Assembly: GCA_963704305.1 (NCBI GenBank)
Contig: OY969888.1
Coordinates: forward strand, 27,168-91,167
Direction: 5' to 3'
Length of the DNA: 64,000 bases
DNA from: an uncultured Bacteroidota bacterium
GTDB lineage: Bacteria > Bacteroidota > Ignavibacteria > Kryptoniales > JAKASW01
Below are positions 26,934 through 37,386 of the stretch, one piece after another. A model generated the notes under the pieces. The model saw only the letters and a program-made list of their open reading frames with translations, searched no databases and was not told the origin of the DNA. The translations under genes and the position numbers were made by a program. Each line of letters opens with the position of its first letter. Positions within the stretch are counted from its first letter, which is position 1.

Positions 26934-28142
26934 TTAGGTGGTGTACTCACCATTTATTTTGACGTAATCATAACTTAAATCACAGGTGAATACCTGTGCC
27001 GACTCACGTCCGGCGTTAAGTCTGATCGTCATTTCAATTTCTCTCTTGGAAAACAAATCTCTCACTTTCATCATGTCGATGCTTTGGGGTTCGTTTCTCT
27101 TGAATACACAGACCTCGCCGATTCTCAATTCAACATTTCCAGGATTGAATCTGACTCCCGAGTTCCCTATCGCTGAGAGAATTCGTCCCCAATTCGGATC
27201 GCCTCCAAAGATGGCGGTCTTTACAAGCGGCGATGTCCCGACAGCGCGACCCACCTTAACCGCGTCCTCGTAATTAGGAGCTGACTCAATATTCAACTTC
27301 ACAAATCTCGTTGCACCCTCCCCATCTCTCACAATCATCATCGCAAGCTCTCGCAAGACAGCCGTCAACGCATCCAAGAATATCCTGTGATCGGATCTCG
27401 TTATTGGCTCTGCACCAGAAGCGCCGTTCGCAAGCAGGAAAACCGTGTCGTTGGTGCTTGTGTCTCCATCGACCGTTATCGTGTTGAATGATTTGTCCAC
27501 TGCCCGGTCTAAGGCAAGCTGAAGTTTCTTCCTTTCAATCATCAAATCTGTGGTCGCGAAGCAGAGCATAGTCGCCATGTTCGGATGAATCATGCCGGCG
27601 CCCTTGGCCGCGGCTCCGATTCTAAAGCGTTTGTTCCTTGAAAGAGTTACTTCTGCTGTAACCTGTTTCGGAAATCTATCTGTGGTCATGATGCTTTGCG
27701 AAAATGCTATGTCTGCTTCCACTCTGAGCCCACTCACAAGAGAAGGGATATTCGTCACGATGCTTGGCAAAGAAAGTTGCCTCCCGATGACGCCGGTTGA
27801 GGCGACCAAGATCTTATCCTTAGAGACGTTGAGACACTTTGCTGCTTCGGATACCATTTTTTCAGCAGACTTTAGACCCGCTCGGCCAGTCAAAGCGTTG
27901 GCACAACCGCTATTGACTATCACCGCTTTCGTTCGATGCCTCGAACGTGCGAGGTTTACCCGGGATACCGTGATAGGGGCAGCCTGGAACTTGTTCTTTG
28001 TGAAGACGGCAGCAGCTACTGCATCCCGTTCACTCATGATCATTCCGAGGTCAGGCAATCCGTTTCCCTTGATCCCGGCACTTATCCCGTTTGCGACGAA
28101 GCCGCTTGGAAAAGTAACGGACCGCTCGTACGCAAGATTCAT
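26934..28142 (-). CDS. argJ: bifunctional ornithine acetyltransferase / N-acetylglutamate synthase
   Basis: [13 protein letters not shown] autoprocessing site, [18 protein letters not shown]. Confidence 0.93.
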   Translation of the reverse strand: MNLAYERSVTFPSGFVANGISAGIKGNGLPDLGMIMSERDAVAAAVFTKNKFQAAPITVSRVNLARSRHRTKAVIVNSGCANALTGRAGLKSAEKMVSEAAKCLNVSKDKILVASTGVIGRQLSLPSIVTNIPSLVSGLRVEADIAFSQSIMTTDRFPKQVTAEVTLSRNKRFRIGAAAKGAGMIHPNMATMLCFATTDLMIERKKLQLALDRAVDKSFNTITVDGDTSTNDTVFLLANGASGAEPITRSDHRIFLDALTAVLRELAMMIVRDGEGATRFVKLNIESAPNYEDAVKVGRAVGTSPLVKTAIFGGDPNWGRILSAIGNSGVRFNPGNVELRIGEVCVFKRNEPQSIDMMKVRDLFSKREIEMTIRLNAGRESAQVFTCDLSYDYVKINGEYTT

Positions 28143-29245
28143 TTGGCCTTGCCTACCGCTTTGCCATGTTCCTTCTTCAGAGTCTCCATGAGCTCCGGTA
28201 AGAGAAGATAAAGCCTCTTTGGTTTTCTGGGCTTGTGTTTGGCAAGAACATAAGATGTCAATAGAGGCATTGCAATGGTTGAATCGACGTATGCCACAAC
28301 AGTGTCTGGCAGCTTATCCGGATCGACTTTTCCCCAACTTACAGCCTCAGACGGGGTCGCGCCAGAGAGACCACCAGTGTCTACTCTAGCGTCGGTAATT
28401 TGAATAAAAAAATCGTGTCCCTTTTCATCGATTCCGAGCACCTCCTGGATCTGCGGCTCGGTTTGCAGCATAAAATTCTTCGGAGAGCCACCGCCAAAAA
28501 TCAAAACACCGCTGCGTCCTCCAGTCCTCTTGGTGTTGAGAACGATCGCGGCTGTTTCATTCACGTCCCTGGAAACATCCAATTTTAGACCGTGTCCGTC
28601 GAGGGACATCGCGGCAACATTCATCCCAATAGAACTGTCACCCGGACTCGAAGTATAGACGGGCACCGCATATCGGTATGCTGTGGCGAGAACGGAGCTC
28701 TGTTTTACTCCGAGCTTTTTTTCTCGCGCTGCGACATACCGTCCAACTCTGTAATGGAATTCTGCCGTCCCCATTTCTTTTTGAAATTCCGGCTGACCTA
28801 TGAGGAACCTAAAGAAAGCGTCGGTTGAAAGAAGGACTCTATAATCAAAAAGGATGTCATAAATTCGAATCACTCCCTCACGACGCAGAACCCGATCATC
28901 AAGAAAAGGAGTCCCCTTATGCAAAGAATGACCTATGGCGAAATGCGTGTCGTGATAGAGGTTGGCGCCCGTCGAAACGATCCAGTCAACGAAACCTGCC
29001 TTTATGAGAGGGACAACGCACGATCCACCCAATCCGGCGGGAGTCAGAGCCCCGCTGAGACTCAATCCAATCGTAACATCAGCATCCAGCATTTTCTTTG
29101 AAAGGAGATGGGCAGCTTCCCTCAGACGGGCCGCATTATATGCCTGAAAATAATTGTCAATCAGTTCAGTGGTCCTTATTCCCTTAGGAATCGGCTGAGG
29201 GACGATTCTCTTGCCCGCTAAAAGCTTGGATTTCGGCATCTTCAA
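28139..29245 (-). CDS. deoxyhypusine synthase-like protein
   Basis: 368 aa; [22 protein letters not shown] and similar stretches are typical of the DHS/homospermidine-synthase-like fold. 4-nt overlap with argJ. Confidence 0.75.
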   Translation of the reverse strand: MKMPKSKLLAGKRIVPQPIPKGIRTTELIDNYFQAYNAARLREAAHLLSKKMLDADVTIGLSLSGALTPAGLGGSCVVPLIKAGFVDWIVSTGANLYHDTHFAIGHSLHKGTPFLDDRVLRREGVIRIYDILFDYRVLLSTDAFFRFLIGQPEFQKEMGTAEFHYRVGRYVAAREKKLGVKQSSVLATAYRYAVPVYTSSPGDSSIGMNVAAMSLDGHGLKLDVSRDVNETAAIVLNTKRTGGRSGVLIFGGGSPKNFMLQTEPQIQEVLGIDEKGHDFFIQITDARVDTGGLSGATPSEAVSWGKVDPDKLPDTVVAYVDSTIAMPLLTSYVLAKHKPRKPKRLYLLLPELMETLKKEHGKAVGKAK

Positions 29246-29379
29246 TTTTGATGAAAATTAACAGCTTTTTTTGATCAATAGCAAGAGGTTATTGAAGATT
29301 TTGTGAAATCGTGAGAAATTCCGGCGGAGATGGTAACTCCACCGGAAAAATGTCCCCTCAATTCCAGCCGGATTTTTAG

Positions 29380-29883
29380 CTAATGAAAGAAGAACCGTGC
29401 CCCAATGCCGGTATCGAAACCCAGCCCTGATCCCGGCGTCAAATAAACGACCGGAGCAAATTCAAGAAAAACGTCAAGTGGAACCGATCGAGGCAGCCAG
29501 TCTATTCCCACAACTCCTCGAATACCAAATGCTGCCGCCATAGTATTTCCACTATCGTAATGGAAACCCAATCCGTAGTATAGAGGAAAACGCTCTTCCG
29601 ATTTTATGACATTGAAATTATGCCATAGGTAGTCCGCATGAATGTGCAAATAACTTTGTGAATTGACGTAGTACCATGTATCGCCAAACCTCGCCCATTC
29701 ACCGTTAGCCGACCACCCGATTGCTAAATCAACTGCGTTCGTACTGGATGTCCAGAATTTCGCGCTAATTCCTGTCGGGCTGCCTAAGATTAATCCGGCG
29801 CCGACTCCCGTATTCTGGGCAAAGGACTGATTTGAAGCAAATGCCATGGCTAAGAAAGTCAACACTACTCCGATCCACTTCAC
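29380..29883 (-). CDS. small outer-membrane beta-barrel protein
   Basis: Signal peptide MKWIGVVLTFLAMAFASNQSFAQ, alternating Gly/aromatic beta-strand pattern, C-terminal F-rich strand (GIGARFFFH). Confidence 0.7.
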   Translation of the reverse strand: MKWIGVVLTFLAMAFASNQSFAQNTGVGAGLILGSPTGISAKFWTSSTNAVDLAIGWSANGEWARFGDTWYYVNSQSYLHIHADYLWHNFNVIKSEERFPLYYGLGFHYDSGNTMAAAFGIRGVVGIDWLPRSVPLDVFLEFAPVVYLTPGSGLGFDTGIGARFFFH

Positions 29884-29922
29884 GATGCTCCTCCGTTTTT
29901 GAATTTTTGATAAACAACTGTG

Positions 29923-30393
29923 CTATGAATTAGATTTGAATTGATAGAGTACAACATAAACATCGTCATCATCTGGGTAACGCAGGACTTGAACTTGATC
30001 CACCTTCTCTTTCAACTGCAATGTTATTTGAGCTGCGTCGGTGTATCTGAAAAACTGCGTCCTTGCAATTAATGGACTGTTCTCAAGGCCGTCGAGTTGG
30101 GAGAAATCAATACTTGTATCAGGAATCGTTATGTATAGCCAGTTATCATTTCCGATCCATGCCTCCACCTTGCCGATTTTTCGCGCAGCGAAGATTTTCA
30201 AGACGTAGCCGTTGGACCTCTGCTCAACCAATATTCTCGAAATACTGGGGGGTTCAAGTGTATAAACCGCAGCGCATGACAGGAACCAAGTGGAACTGAT
30301 CATGAAAAGCGCCGTGGCTATGAATGGATACATTCCACCCATCCAGTTTGAACGCACTGCCAACAAATCTCTCGAGATGGAATTCAGTGACAT
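29923..30393 (-). CDS. hypothetical membrane-anchored protein (beta-rich periplasmic domain, possibly AMIN-like)
   Basis: One TM helix (MYPFIATALFMISSTWFLSCAAV), then a beta-rich domain. I see no diagnostic motif. Confidence 0.55.
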   Translation of the reverse strand: MSLNSISRDLLAVRSNWMGGMYPFIATALFMISSTWFLSCAAVYTLEPPSISRILVEQRSNGYVLKIFAARKIGKVEAWIGNDNWLYITIPDTSIDFSQLDGLENSPLIARTQFFRYTDAAQITLQLKEKVDQVQVLRYPDDDDVYVVLYQFKSNS

Positions 30394-30948
30394 TCTTCTC
30401 CTCCCTCAAGACTAACGATGCGAATAACCATTTTTCGCCTCTCCGTATGAACTCAACCAGTCAGGACTGAAGTGCATCTTCAGAAACAATCAGATACTTT
30501 GATAACACTATCAAGACAATATGAGTGCCACAAGAGGTCTCGAAATTAGACGACTGGAAGAGCTTCTGGAAAAAGATTGCGAAAGGCTTGCACTGATCAC
30601 GCAGACTTTGCATGTGCGCGTGCCTGCCACTTGCTCCTAAGACGACGCGACCACCATGGCTTGCACAGGAGTAGACAAAATATTTTTTCTTGAAATATTC
30701 CCGGTACCTATTGCGGTTAAACCGTCGGAACTTTACATTACACAAGGATGCCTGATGCGACAAAAATTGTCGTCGGAGGACTCGGTGGGTTCACGGAATT
30801 GGATGGCTGAAAGATAAATTGTGTGCGAATCTCAACATTGGCTTTCATGCTCGACATCCAAAACCTTTCTTTTATCGGTCCCCAAGCGGCCAATCGGCAA
30901 TGGTGTGTAACCGGTCAACCAACAGCAAAATGATGATGGGATCTTTTC

Positions 30949-31299
30949 ATGGTTATTTGGCACAATACTGAAGATGCCCCAAGGACTCCAGCCGAAGTAT
31001 TTCAGAATGATAAGGTCGTTATCTGGGTGGGCAGCTACCCGATTGAGCTCGGGCAGGAAATCATTGTTGAGCTAAAGGTATCGAAAGAAAGCTCGGAGGG
31101 TACGCCTTATGGCGTTCAAGCGGAATGGAGGTACAACGATTACGGTCGCAACAATAGCTATTGGACGGCGATTATCGGGCCTTTCAAGTCAGGTGAAAAA
31201 GTCGAATATAAGATCAAGGGGATAGGACCGGACCGCATACTTCACACTCAGATCGACAGCTTCACGGTGATAGATCGCAAGAAGACGAATAACAAATAG
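30949..31299 (+). CDS. hypothetical protein (beta-sandwich-like)
   Basis: 116-aa ORF with protein-like composition. No motif recognised. Confidence 0.5.
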   Translation: MVIWHNTEDAPRTPAEVFQNDKVVIWVGSYPIELGQEIIVELKVSKESSEGTPYGVQAEWRYNDYGRNNSYWTAIIGPFKSGEKVEYKIKGIGPDRILHTQIDSFTVIDRKKTNNK

Positions 31300-31535
31300 A
31301 GCTGCCCAACCTGTTATGACCCTTTTGAGATGAATCAGCCGCAGTCCTCGGGATCTAATCTGCCCAAAAAATTCCCTCGAACGATGTTGGGATGCAAAGG
31401 AAGAACCAAGAGGACGTTAATCCTCCGTCCGCTTTCCGCATCTAATAGTCTGCCAGCGGAGTACGGCGATCTTCGCGGATGGCCGCAGTGTGCGACCACT
31501 AACAAATCACAACCAAAACAAAGAGGGAGAACGAA

Positions 31536-31943
31536 ATGAAGACTCTCGTAGTATTTTCTTCAGTATTGATGCTGACGGCCGCAGTCTATGCTCAAAGCAT
31601 GGGACAGCGCCAGCAGTTTTATAACGCCAGAACAATCACAACCATTGTAGGTACTATCGCCTCGGTTGACAGCGTTGCTGCTCCGAGGGGAAACAATTAT
31701 AGCATTCGGTTGACGGTGAAAGATACGAGCGGCACAGTCTCTGTTATCGTTGGTCCGAGTTTCTTTCTCGATCATCTGAACATATCTTTCATGAAAGACA
31801 GCTCAGTTGAGGTAACCGGTTCCAAGGTTCACTTCAACGACAATGATTTCATAATTGCAGCCCAGATAAAAACTGGCGGGAAGACAATCAAACTTCGAGA
31901 TGATTCCGGAATGCCGCTGTGGTCGCGAAGAGGCATGCGATAA
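31536..31943 (+). CDS. secreted OB-fold-like protein (MamS/MamX-type domain suspected)
   Basis: Signal peptide MKTLVVFSSVLMLTAAVYAQ, then GTIASVDS...IRLTVKDTSGTVSVIVGPSFFL...VEVTGSKV...IIAAQIKTGGKTIKLRDDSGMPLW. Confidence 0.6.
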   Translation: MKTLVVFSSVLMLTAAVYAQSMGQRQQFYNARTITTIVGTIASVDSVAAPRGNNYSIRLTVKDTSGTVSVIVGPSFFLDHLNISFMKDSSVEVTGSKVHFNDNDFIIAAQIKTGGKTIKLRDDSGMPLWSRRGMR

Positions 31944-32187
31944 TCACCGAAACCTGTTTGCATAATGTCGAAGATCTCCAACAAGTGATTTCCTGTACGG
32001 TTACTGTGCGATGACTTTGTTGAAGAAGGTCGGCATCGTTTTTCTGTAGCTCGTGAGTAATAGTTCGGCACTAACTGAGATGCATATAGAATTCTCTTCT
32101 TTTCAACAGAAGGAGGAGACGTCGGCCGCCCATTGACGGAGGCAGACTAACGAAACCAATTAGGAATACCAAATCAACGGAGGCTCT

Positions 32188-33480
32188 ATGCCGAAAGACA
32201 GTCTAACAGTAACAGACAATCGAACGGGCAAGCAGTATGAACTCCAGATCGAAAACGGAGCCATACGGGCAGGCGATCTTCGACAGATCAAAGTCAAGGC
32301 GGACGACTTTGGTTTGATGAGCTACGACCCCGCCTTCATGAACACCGCTTCCTGCAAGAGCAAGATCACTTTCATCGACGGCGACAAAGGAATCCTGCGA
32401 TACCGAGGATACCCGATTGAACAGCTGGCTGAAGAAAGCGATTTCCTCGAGGTCGCTTACCTGATTTTGCACGGTGAATTGCCGAAGAAGGAAGCACTCG
32501 ACGACTGGAAATATCAGATCACACACCACACCTTCGTTCATGAGAACATCAAGAAGTTCATGGATGGATTCCACTATGATGCACACCCGATGGGAATGTT
32601 CATCAGCACGATGGCGGCCCTTTCCACTTTCTATCCCGATGCGAAGAATATCTTTGACAAGGACTCGCGCCAGCTGCAAACCTACAGATTGATCGGAAAA
32701 GTCCCCACGATTGCAGCGTTCGCATATCGGCATGCAATGGGTCTTCCCTATGCTTATCCCGACAACGAACTGAGTTATGCTGGGAATTTCTTGAGCATGC
32801 TATTTAAAATGACAGAGCCACAGTACAAACCAAATCCAGCGATCGAGCGAGCTCTGGATGTTCTATTCATACTACACGCTGACCACGAGCAGAATTGCAG
32901 CGCAAACGCTATGAGAGGCGTGGGCTCTTCACATGTCGATCCGTTTTCGGCGTTGGCGGGCGCATCGGCGGCACTCTACGGACCGCTCCACGGCGGTGCC
33001 AACGAAGCCGTGTTGCGCATGCTGAAAGAAATTGGTTCGAAGGATAAAATTCCCGCTTTCATAAAAGAGGTGAAGGAAGGCAAAGGCGAAAAGCGCCTCA
33101 TGGGATTCGGACATCGAGTCTACAAGAACTACGACCCGCGGGCAAAAATAATTAAGAAGCTTGCGGACGACGTCTTTGAGGTGACCGGGAAAAATCCACT
33201 CCTTGACATCGCACTCGAACTCGAGAGAATTGCGCTCGCTGACGATTATTTCGTTTCGAGAAAATTGTATCCGAACGTCGATTTCTACTCCGGTTTGATC
33301 TATCAAGCGATCGGATTTCCGGTTGACATCTTCCCGGTCCTGTTTGCGATCGGCAGAACAGCAGGCTGGATCGCACAATGGGAAGAAATGCTCCTCGACA
33401 ACGAACAAAAGATCGCGCGCCCGCGGCAGCTTTTCATGGGCTACGATCAGCGCGACTATGTTCCTTTAGTGCGTCGATAG
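32188..33480 (+). CDS. gltA: citrate synthase
   Basis: LFILHADHEQNCS, GPLHGGANE, MGFGHRVYKNYDPRA. Confidence 0.95.
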   Translation: MPKDSLTVTDNRTGKQYELQIENGAIRAGDLRQIKVKADDFGLMSYDPAFMNTASCKSKITFIDGDKGILRYRGYPIEQLAEESDFLEVAYLILHGELPKKEALDDWKYQITHHTFVHENIKKFMDGFHYDAHPMGMFISTMAALSTFYPDAKNIFDKDSRQLQTYRLIGKVPTIAAFAYRHAMGLPYAYPDNELSYAGNFLSMLFKMTEPQYKPNPAIERALDVLFILHADHEQNCSANAMRGVGSSHVDPFSALAGASAALYGPLHGGANEAVLRMLKEIGSKDKIPAFIKEVKEGKGEKRLMGFGHRVYKNYDPRAKIIKKLADDVFEVTGKNPLLDIALELERIALADDYFVSRKLYPNVDFYSGLIYQAIGFPVDIFPVLFAIGRTAGWIAQWEEMLLDNEQKIARPRQLFMGYDQRDYVPLVRR

Positions 33481-33499
33481 GCAGCTCAAGCATCTCAAG

Positions 33500-33538
33500 A
33501 ATGCGGCGCGATCTTCCCCTCGCCGCATTTTTTGTTTT
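33500..33538 (+). terminator. rho-independent terminator after gltA
   Basis: AATGCGGCG-N12-CGCCGCATT followed by TTTTTGTTTT. Confidence 0.8.
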
Positions 33539-33743
33539 ACCGCCATGTTCCAACGATGCCTCCGTTCTCCGTCCCATACGACCCCTCTGGTGACAAATTG
33601 CTTGGTGAACCATGATGACATATCTTGTAATGCAGTTCAGCATATCCTGGATCGGGCAAAAGTGAAACTATGCTCCAAATTAGAACCCGGAATAGTTCTC
33701 GAACTCTCGCTCTTCACTCCAGTTCATTCAGGTCAGAATTGGC

Positions 33744-36080
33744 ATGACTGACGCGATCGTCTTCGGCCATAACAGCGAGTCTAAAATTGTAGCTGTTTTC
33801 CAGACAAGCGAGACTACCGTGAAGGTAGTTAAGCGTGTAGACGGCGCGACCGTTGCTGAAGAGCGCAAGTTTTATCCGTTTTTCTTCCTGAAAGATGCAA
33901 CGCTCCTGAAGGGGTTCGACAAAAAGTTTTGGCAGGTCAAATTAGCCGGCACCAATTACTACCAATACCTCTGCATCTTCCGCAGATGGAACGAAATGCG
34001 GACGGCACTCCGGAGAGTCGCGGACAATCTCGGCGTGAACCAAAACGATATGGCACGGGACATATCGGAGGTTGAGGAAGTCTACTTCAAGCTTGACCCG
34101 GTCTTTCAGTTCCTGATGCAGACAGGCATCACGCTTTTCAAAGACATGGAGTTCACCGAGCTGAAGCGGATGCAGCTTGACATCGAGACTTTCTCGAGGT
34201 CAGGTTTTTCTCTCGCATCGCGTCCGGAAGATAGAATCATTCTAATTTCGCTTTCGGATAACTCCGGCTGGGAGTATGTGATCGACGGTCGAGAGAAAGG
34301 CGAATTCGAGATGCTGACCGAGCTCGTGGACATAATCAAAACCCGCGACCCCGATGTAATAGAAGGTCACAACATTTACAATTTCGATCTTCCGTATATC
34401 ATGCGGCGGTGTGAAATGAGCGGCTTAAGACTGAGAATCGGGAGAGACTCTCTGGAACCGAAGGTATTCACTTCTCGCCTTTCATATGCGGAAAAGGAAA
34501 TCGAATATTCGAACATTGAGATCCCGGGAAGACATGTGATCGACACGTGGCTCCTGGTTCAGAGTTACGACGCGACACGGCGCGAACTCGAAAGCTACGG
34601 GCTGAAGAGCGTCGCCAAATACTTCGGCTTCGCTCCGGAGGATAGAACGTATGTTGAAGGTTCAAAAATCTCAGAGACTTGGCTGAAGAACCCTGATGTG
34701 CTAGTCAAATATGCGCTTGATGATGTCCGGGAGACCAGGCTCCTGGCTGAACACCTGTCACAGACAAGCTTCTACCTGTCTCAAATCCTCCCCTTCAACT
34801 ATGGACAAATTCCACGCAGCGGCTCCGCGGCAAAAATCGAGTGCCTCCTCGTCCGCGAATATCTCAGGAAGAAACACTCAATACCGCGACCTCAAACCGG
34901 TAGACAGACCTCGGGAGGTTATACCGATGTATTTATTCGCGGAGTCGTCGGTCCCATCGTTCATGCTGATGTGGAGTCGCTGTACCCATCCATAATGATC
35001 AGCTATAAGATTTCGCCAGCAACTGACGAGCTTGGAGTTTTCCAGAAGATACTCAAACACCTGACAAAATTGAGGCTTGACACGAAGAGGCAGATGAAAG
35101 AGGAACCTGAATCGCTGAAGAAATCCAAGCTCGACGCGATGCAATCGTCTTTGAAAATCCTCATTAACTCTTTCTATGGATACCTCGGATATTCTCGTGG
35201 AATTTTCAATGACTACACCGCGGCAGACATGGTTACGGAAACGGGGCAGAAGATTCTCCGTCGGATGATAACAGAGATTGCTTCGGAAGGTGGAACACTC
35301 CTCGAAGTAGACACGGATGGACTTTACTTTGTGCCGCCTGCGAAGTATGGCGGCGAAGACAACGAAACGAAGTTTGTCGCCAAGCTGTCGAAGACTTTGC
35401 CGCAGGGAATAAGCCTCTCACTCGACGGCAGATTTGAGAAGATGCTAAGCTACAAAAAGAAGAATTACGCTCTGCTCGGGTACGACGGCAAGATAAAGAT
35501 CCGAGGCTCTGCGCTCATTTCCAGAAGTATGGAAAGGTTCGGCAGGGATTTCATACAGAGGGCAATCGAATTCATGCTTCGCGAAGACATCAAGTCCATT
35601 CATGATCTCTATGTTGATTACTCAAAAAAAATTCTCACCCGTGAGCTGCCGCTTACAAAAATAGTCAGGACGGAGACTGTAAGGGAATCCATCGAGGATT
35701 ATCTGTCAGCAGTCAGATCGAACCGCAGGAACAGAACTGCAAGTTTCGAGGCGGCCATGAACGCGGGACTTAATTTGCGTCCCGGTGATAGAGTATCATA
35801 CTACATCGTAGGCAACGATCCGCATCAGCCATCGTTCATGAACGCGCGAATCTATGACGAGGAGGACGAAAACAGAAAGGATTACAACGCACAATACTAC
35901 ATTCGGAAGTTAAGCGAATACTCAGAGCGCTTTTCGGATTTCTTCGAGCCCTCAGATTTCCACAAAATCTTTTCTTACGAAGCCGATTCGCTCTTCCCGG
36001 ATTCGCTCGAAGGAATCAAAATGAAGGCGACCGATGTGAGCAGCGCGGAAACAAAAATTGAGGAAGAGGAAAATGAATGA
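33744..36080 (+). CDS. polB: family-B DNA polymerase (Pol II-like)
   Basis: ExoI LDIETF, ExoII HNIYNFDLPYI, ExoIII YALDDV, motif A DVESLYPSIM, motif B KILINSFYGYLG, motif C EVDTDGL. Confidence 0.9.
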   Translation: MTDAIVFGHNSESKIVAVFQTSETTVKVVKRVDGATVAEERKFYPFFFLKDATLLKGFDKKFWQVKLAGTNYYQYLCIFRRWNEMRTALRRVADNLGVNQNDMARDISEVEEVYFKLDPVFQFLMQTGITLFKDMEFTELKRMQLDIETFSRSGFSLASRPEDRIILISLSDNSGWEYVIDGREKGEFEMLTELVDIIKTRDPDVIEGHNIYNFDLPYIMRRCEMSGLRLRIGRDSLEPKVFTSRLSYAEKEIEYSNIEIPGRHVIDTWLLVQSYDATRRELESYGLKSVAKYFGFAPEDRTYVEGSKISETWLKNPDVLVKYALDDVRETRLLAEHLSQTSFYLSQILPFNYGQIPRSGSAAKIECLLVREYLRKKHSIPRPQTGRQTSGGYTDVFIRGVVGPIVHADVESLYPSIMISYKISPATDELGVFQKILKHLTKLRLDTKRQMKEEPESLKKSKLDAMQSSLKILINSFYGYLGYSRGIFNDYTAADMVTETGQKILRRMITEIASEGGTLLEVDTDGLYFVPPAKYGGEDNETKFVAKLSKTLPQGISLSLDGRFEKMLSYKKKNYALLGYDGKIKIRGSALISRSMERFGRDFIQRAIEFMLREDIKSIHDLYVDYSKKILTRELPLTKIVRTETVRESIEDYLSAVRSNRRNRTASFEAAMNAGLNLRPGDRVSYYIVGNDPHQPSFMNARIYDEEDENRKDYNAQYYIRKLSEYSERFSDFFEPSDFHKIFSYEADSLFPDSLEGIKMKATDVSSAETKIEEEENE

Positions 36081-36220
36081 CTGCGGCGAGACTAACAGCA
36101 GCTCTCTGTCATTTCAAAAAACGCCAGCATGACAGTCGCGCCGGTTTTTGAATTTCGACTTCAGAATCTTTAGATGATGAATTGAACGCAGTCCGCTAAT
36201 TATGCTGGAACAGTCCGGCG

Positions 36221-37348
36221 CTATCCTTCAAATTCCTTCCGCAAGATCTGAAAACCACGCTGTTCCAGAATTTGAGCCGAACGGTTCAGAATTTCTTCAG
36301 TGTCAAAAGAAAGTCTAAACATCCCGCCAGTTCCCTCTCTGACTTTTAGAAGCTCGATGTCTTTTATGTTTATGGCGGATTCAGCAAGAGCCGAAGTAAT
36401 TTCTTTCAACACACCGACCTTGTCCTCAACGACGACATAGAGATCGTAGAGGGGATGTAAGAAGCCTTTTCCTCCTCTGCGAATTCGTGAGCGAGACAAC
36501 CTGGCATTTTCGAATTCCCGCTTTATGCCTTCGATTCCCGGTTCACCGATCGACTTGTGTATGCTTTGAAGCCGTTTGATGAACGAGCTGACGACTTTAT
36601 CAATATTGTCTCGATTTGATGAGATCACGTCTTTCCACACCGCGAAGTCGCTCGAAGCGATCCTGGTCATATCTCTGAAACCGCCCGCTGCGAGCGTGTT
36701 AAAGTGCTCATTATTCATCGAGAGCTCACCTATCAGATTCACGAGCTCGACAGCAAGGAGTTGCGGGAGATGACTGGTAGCGGCGGCAATCTTGTCATGC
36801 TGTGCCGCGTCCATGAATAAAATTCTTGCGCCTAGCTGCTGAATGATTTCAAACAAAGGAGATGTGAGTTCTTCTGCGTATTGCTTTAGCGGACTGAGAA
36901 CGTAGACCGCATTCTGAAAGAGAAACGGTTGAGCGGCTTCAATGCCGGATTTTTCAGAGCCGGCCATCGGGTGACCGCCCACGAAAATAATCTCCTCGGG
37001 GACGAATCTCTCTGCCGCTTCCATGATCGGGAGCTTGACGCCGGCTACGTCGGTGATTATCGTGCCTGCACGAGCGTGAAGGATGACTTCGCGAAGGATG
37101 TCAACAGTCGTATCGGAAGGAACGCAAACAAAAATAACCTCGGGATTGTCCGCGCATAAGTCCTTTATACTTTTCCTTAGCCTGACCGAAGGAATGTGCT
37201 TCGCGATCTTTTCCTCGTTCTGCGGTAGGTCAAGCGCAATCACGCTATGTCCGCTTTTCGAAAGCGACAACGCGATCGAGCCACCAATAAGGCCGCAGCC
37301 GATCACGCCGATCGTTTTCGGTAAATCAGGATTTGGGGATTTGTCCAA
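36221..37348 (-). CDS. tyrA: prephenate dehydrogenase with a C-terminal ACT domain
   Basis: IGVIGCGLIGGSIA Rossmann motif, GGHPMAGSE, and a C-terminal ACT-like segment. Confidence 0.88.
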   Translation of the reverse strand: MDKSPNPDLPKTIGVIGCGLIGGSIALSLSKSGHSVIALDLPQNEEKIAKHIPSVRLRKSIKDLCADNPEVIFVCVPSDTTVDILREVILHARAGTIITDVAGVKLPIMEAAERFVPEEIIFVGGHPMAGSEKSGIEAAQPFLFQNAVYVLSPLKQYAEELTSPLFEIIQQLGARILFMDAAQHDKIAAATSHLPQLLAVELVNLIGELSMNNEHFNTLAAGGFRDMTRIASSDFAVWKDVISSNRDNIDKVVSSFIKRLQSIHKSIGEPGIEGIKREFENARLSRSRIRRGGKGFLHPLYDLYVVVEDKVGVLKEITSALAESAINIKDIELLKVREGTGGMFRLSFDTEEILNRSAQILEQRGFQILRKEFEG

Positions 37349-37386
37349 GTCGAGGCTCGCCTACTTCCTGGTAGACCGACAATTGA

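Noticed and set aside
27592-28211. Plus-strand ORFs of 199 aa and 91 aa opposite argJ
   Set aside because: Shadow ORFs. argJ on the minus strand has the ATML autoprocessing site and full-length family similarity.
30461-30763. 100-aa minus-strand ORF in the 555-nt spacer
   Set aside because: Highly basic and Cys/His-rich, with no RBS and no recognisable fold, so I did not report it as a CDS. It is kept only as part of the spacer finding.
31330-31539. 69-aa plus-strand ORF upstream of the OB-fold gene
   Set aside because: The composition (Arg/Pro/Ser/Lys-rich, no hydrophobic core) is not protein-like. The ORF also overlaps the start of the next gene by 4 nt (31536-31539).
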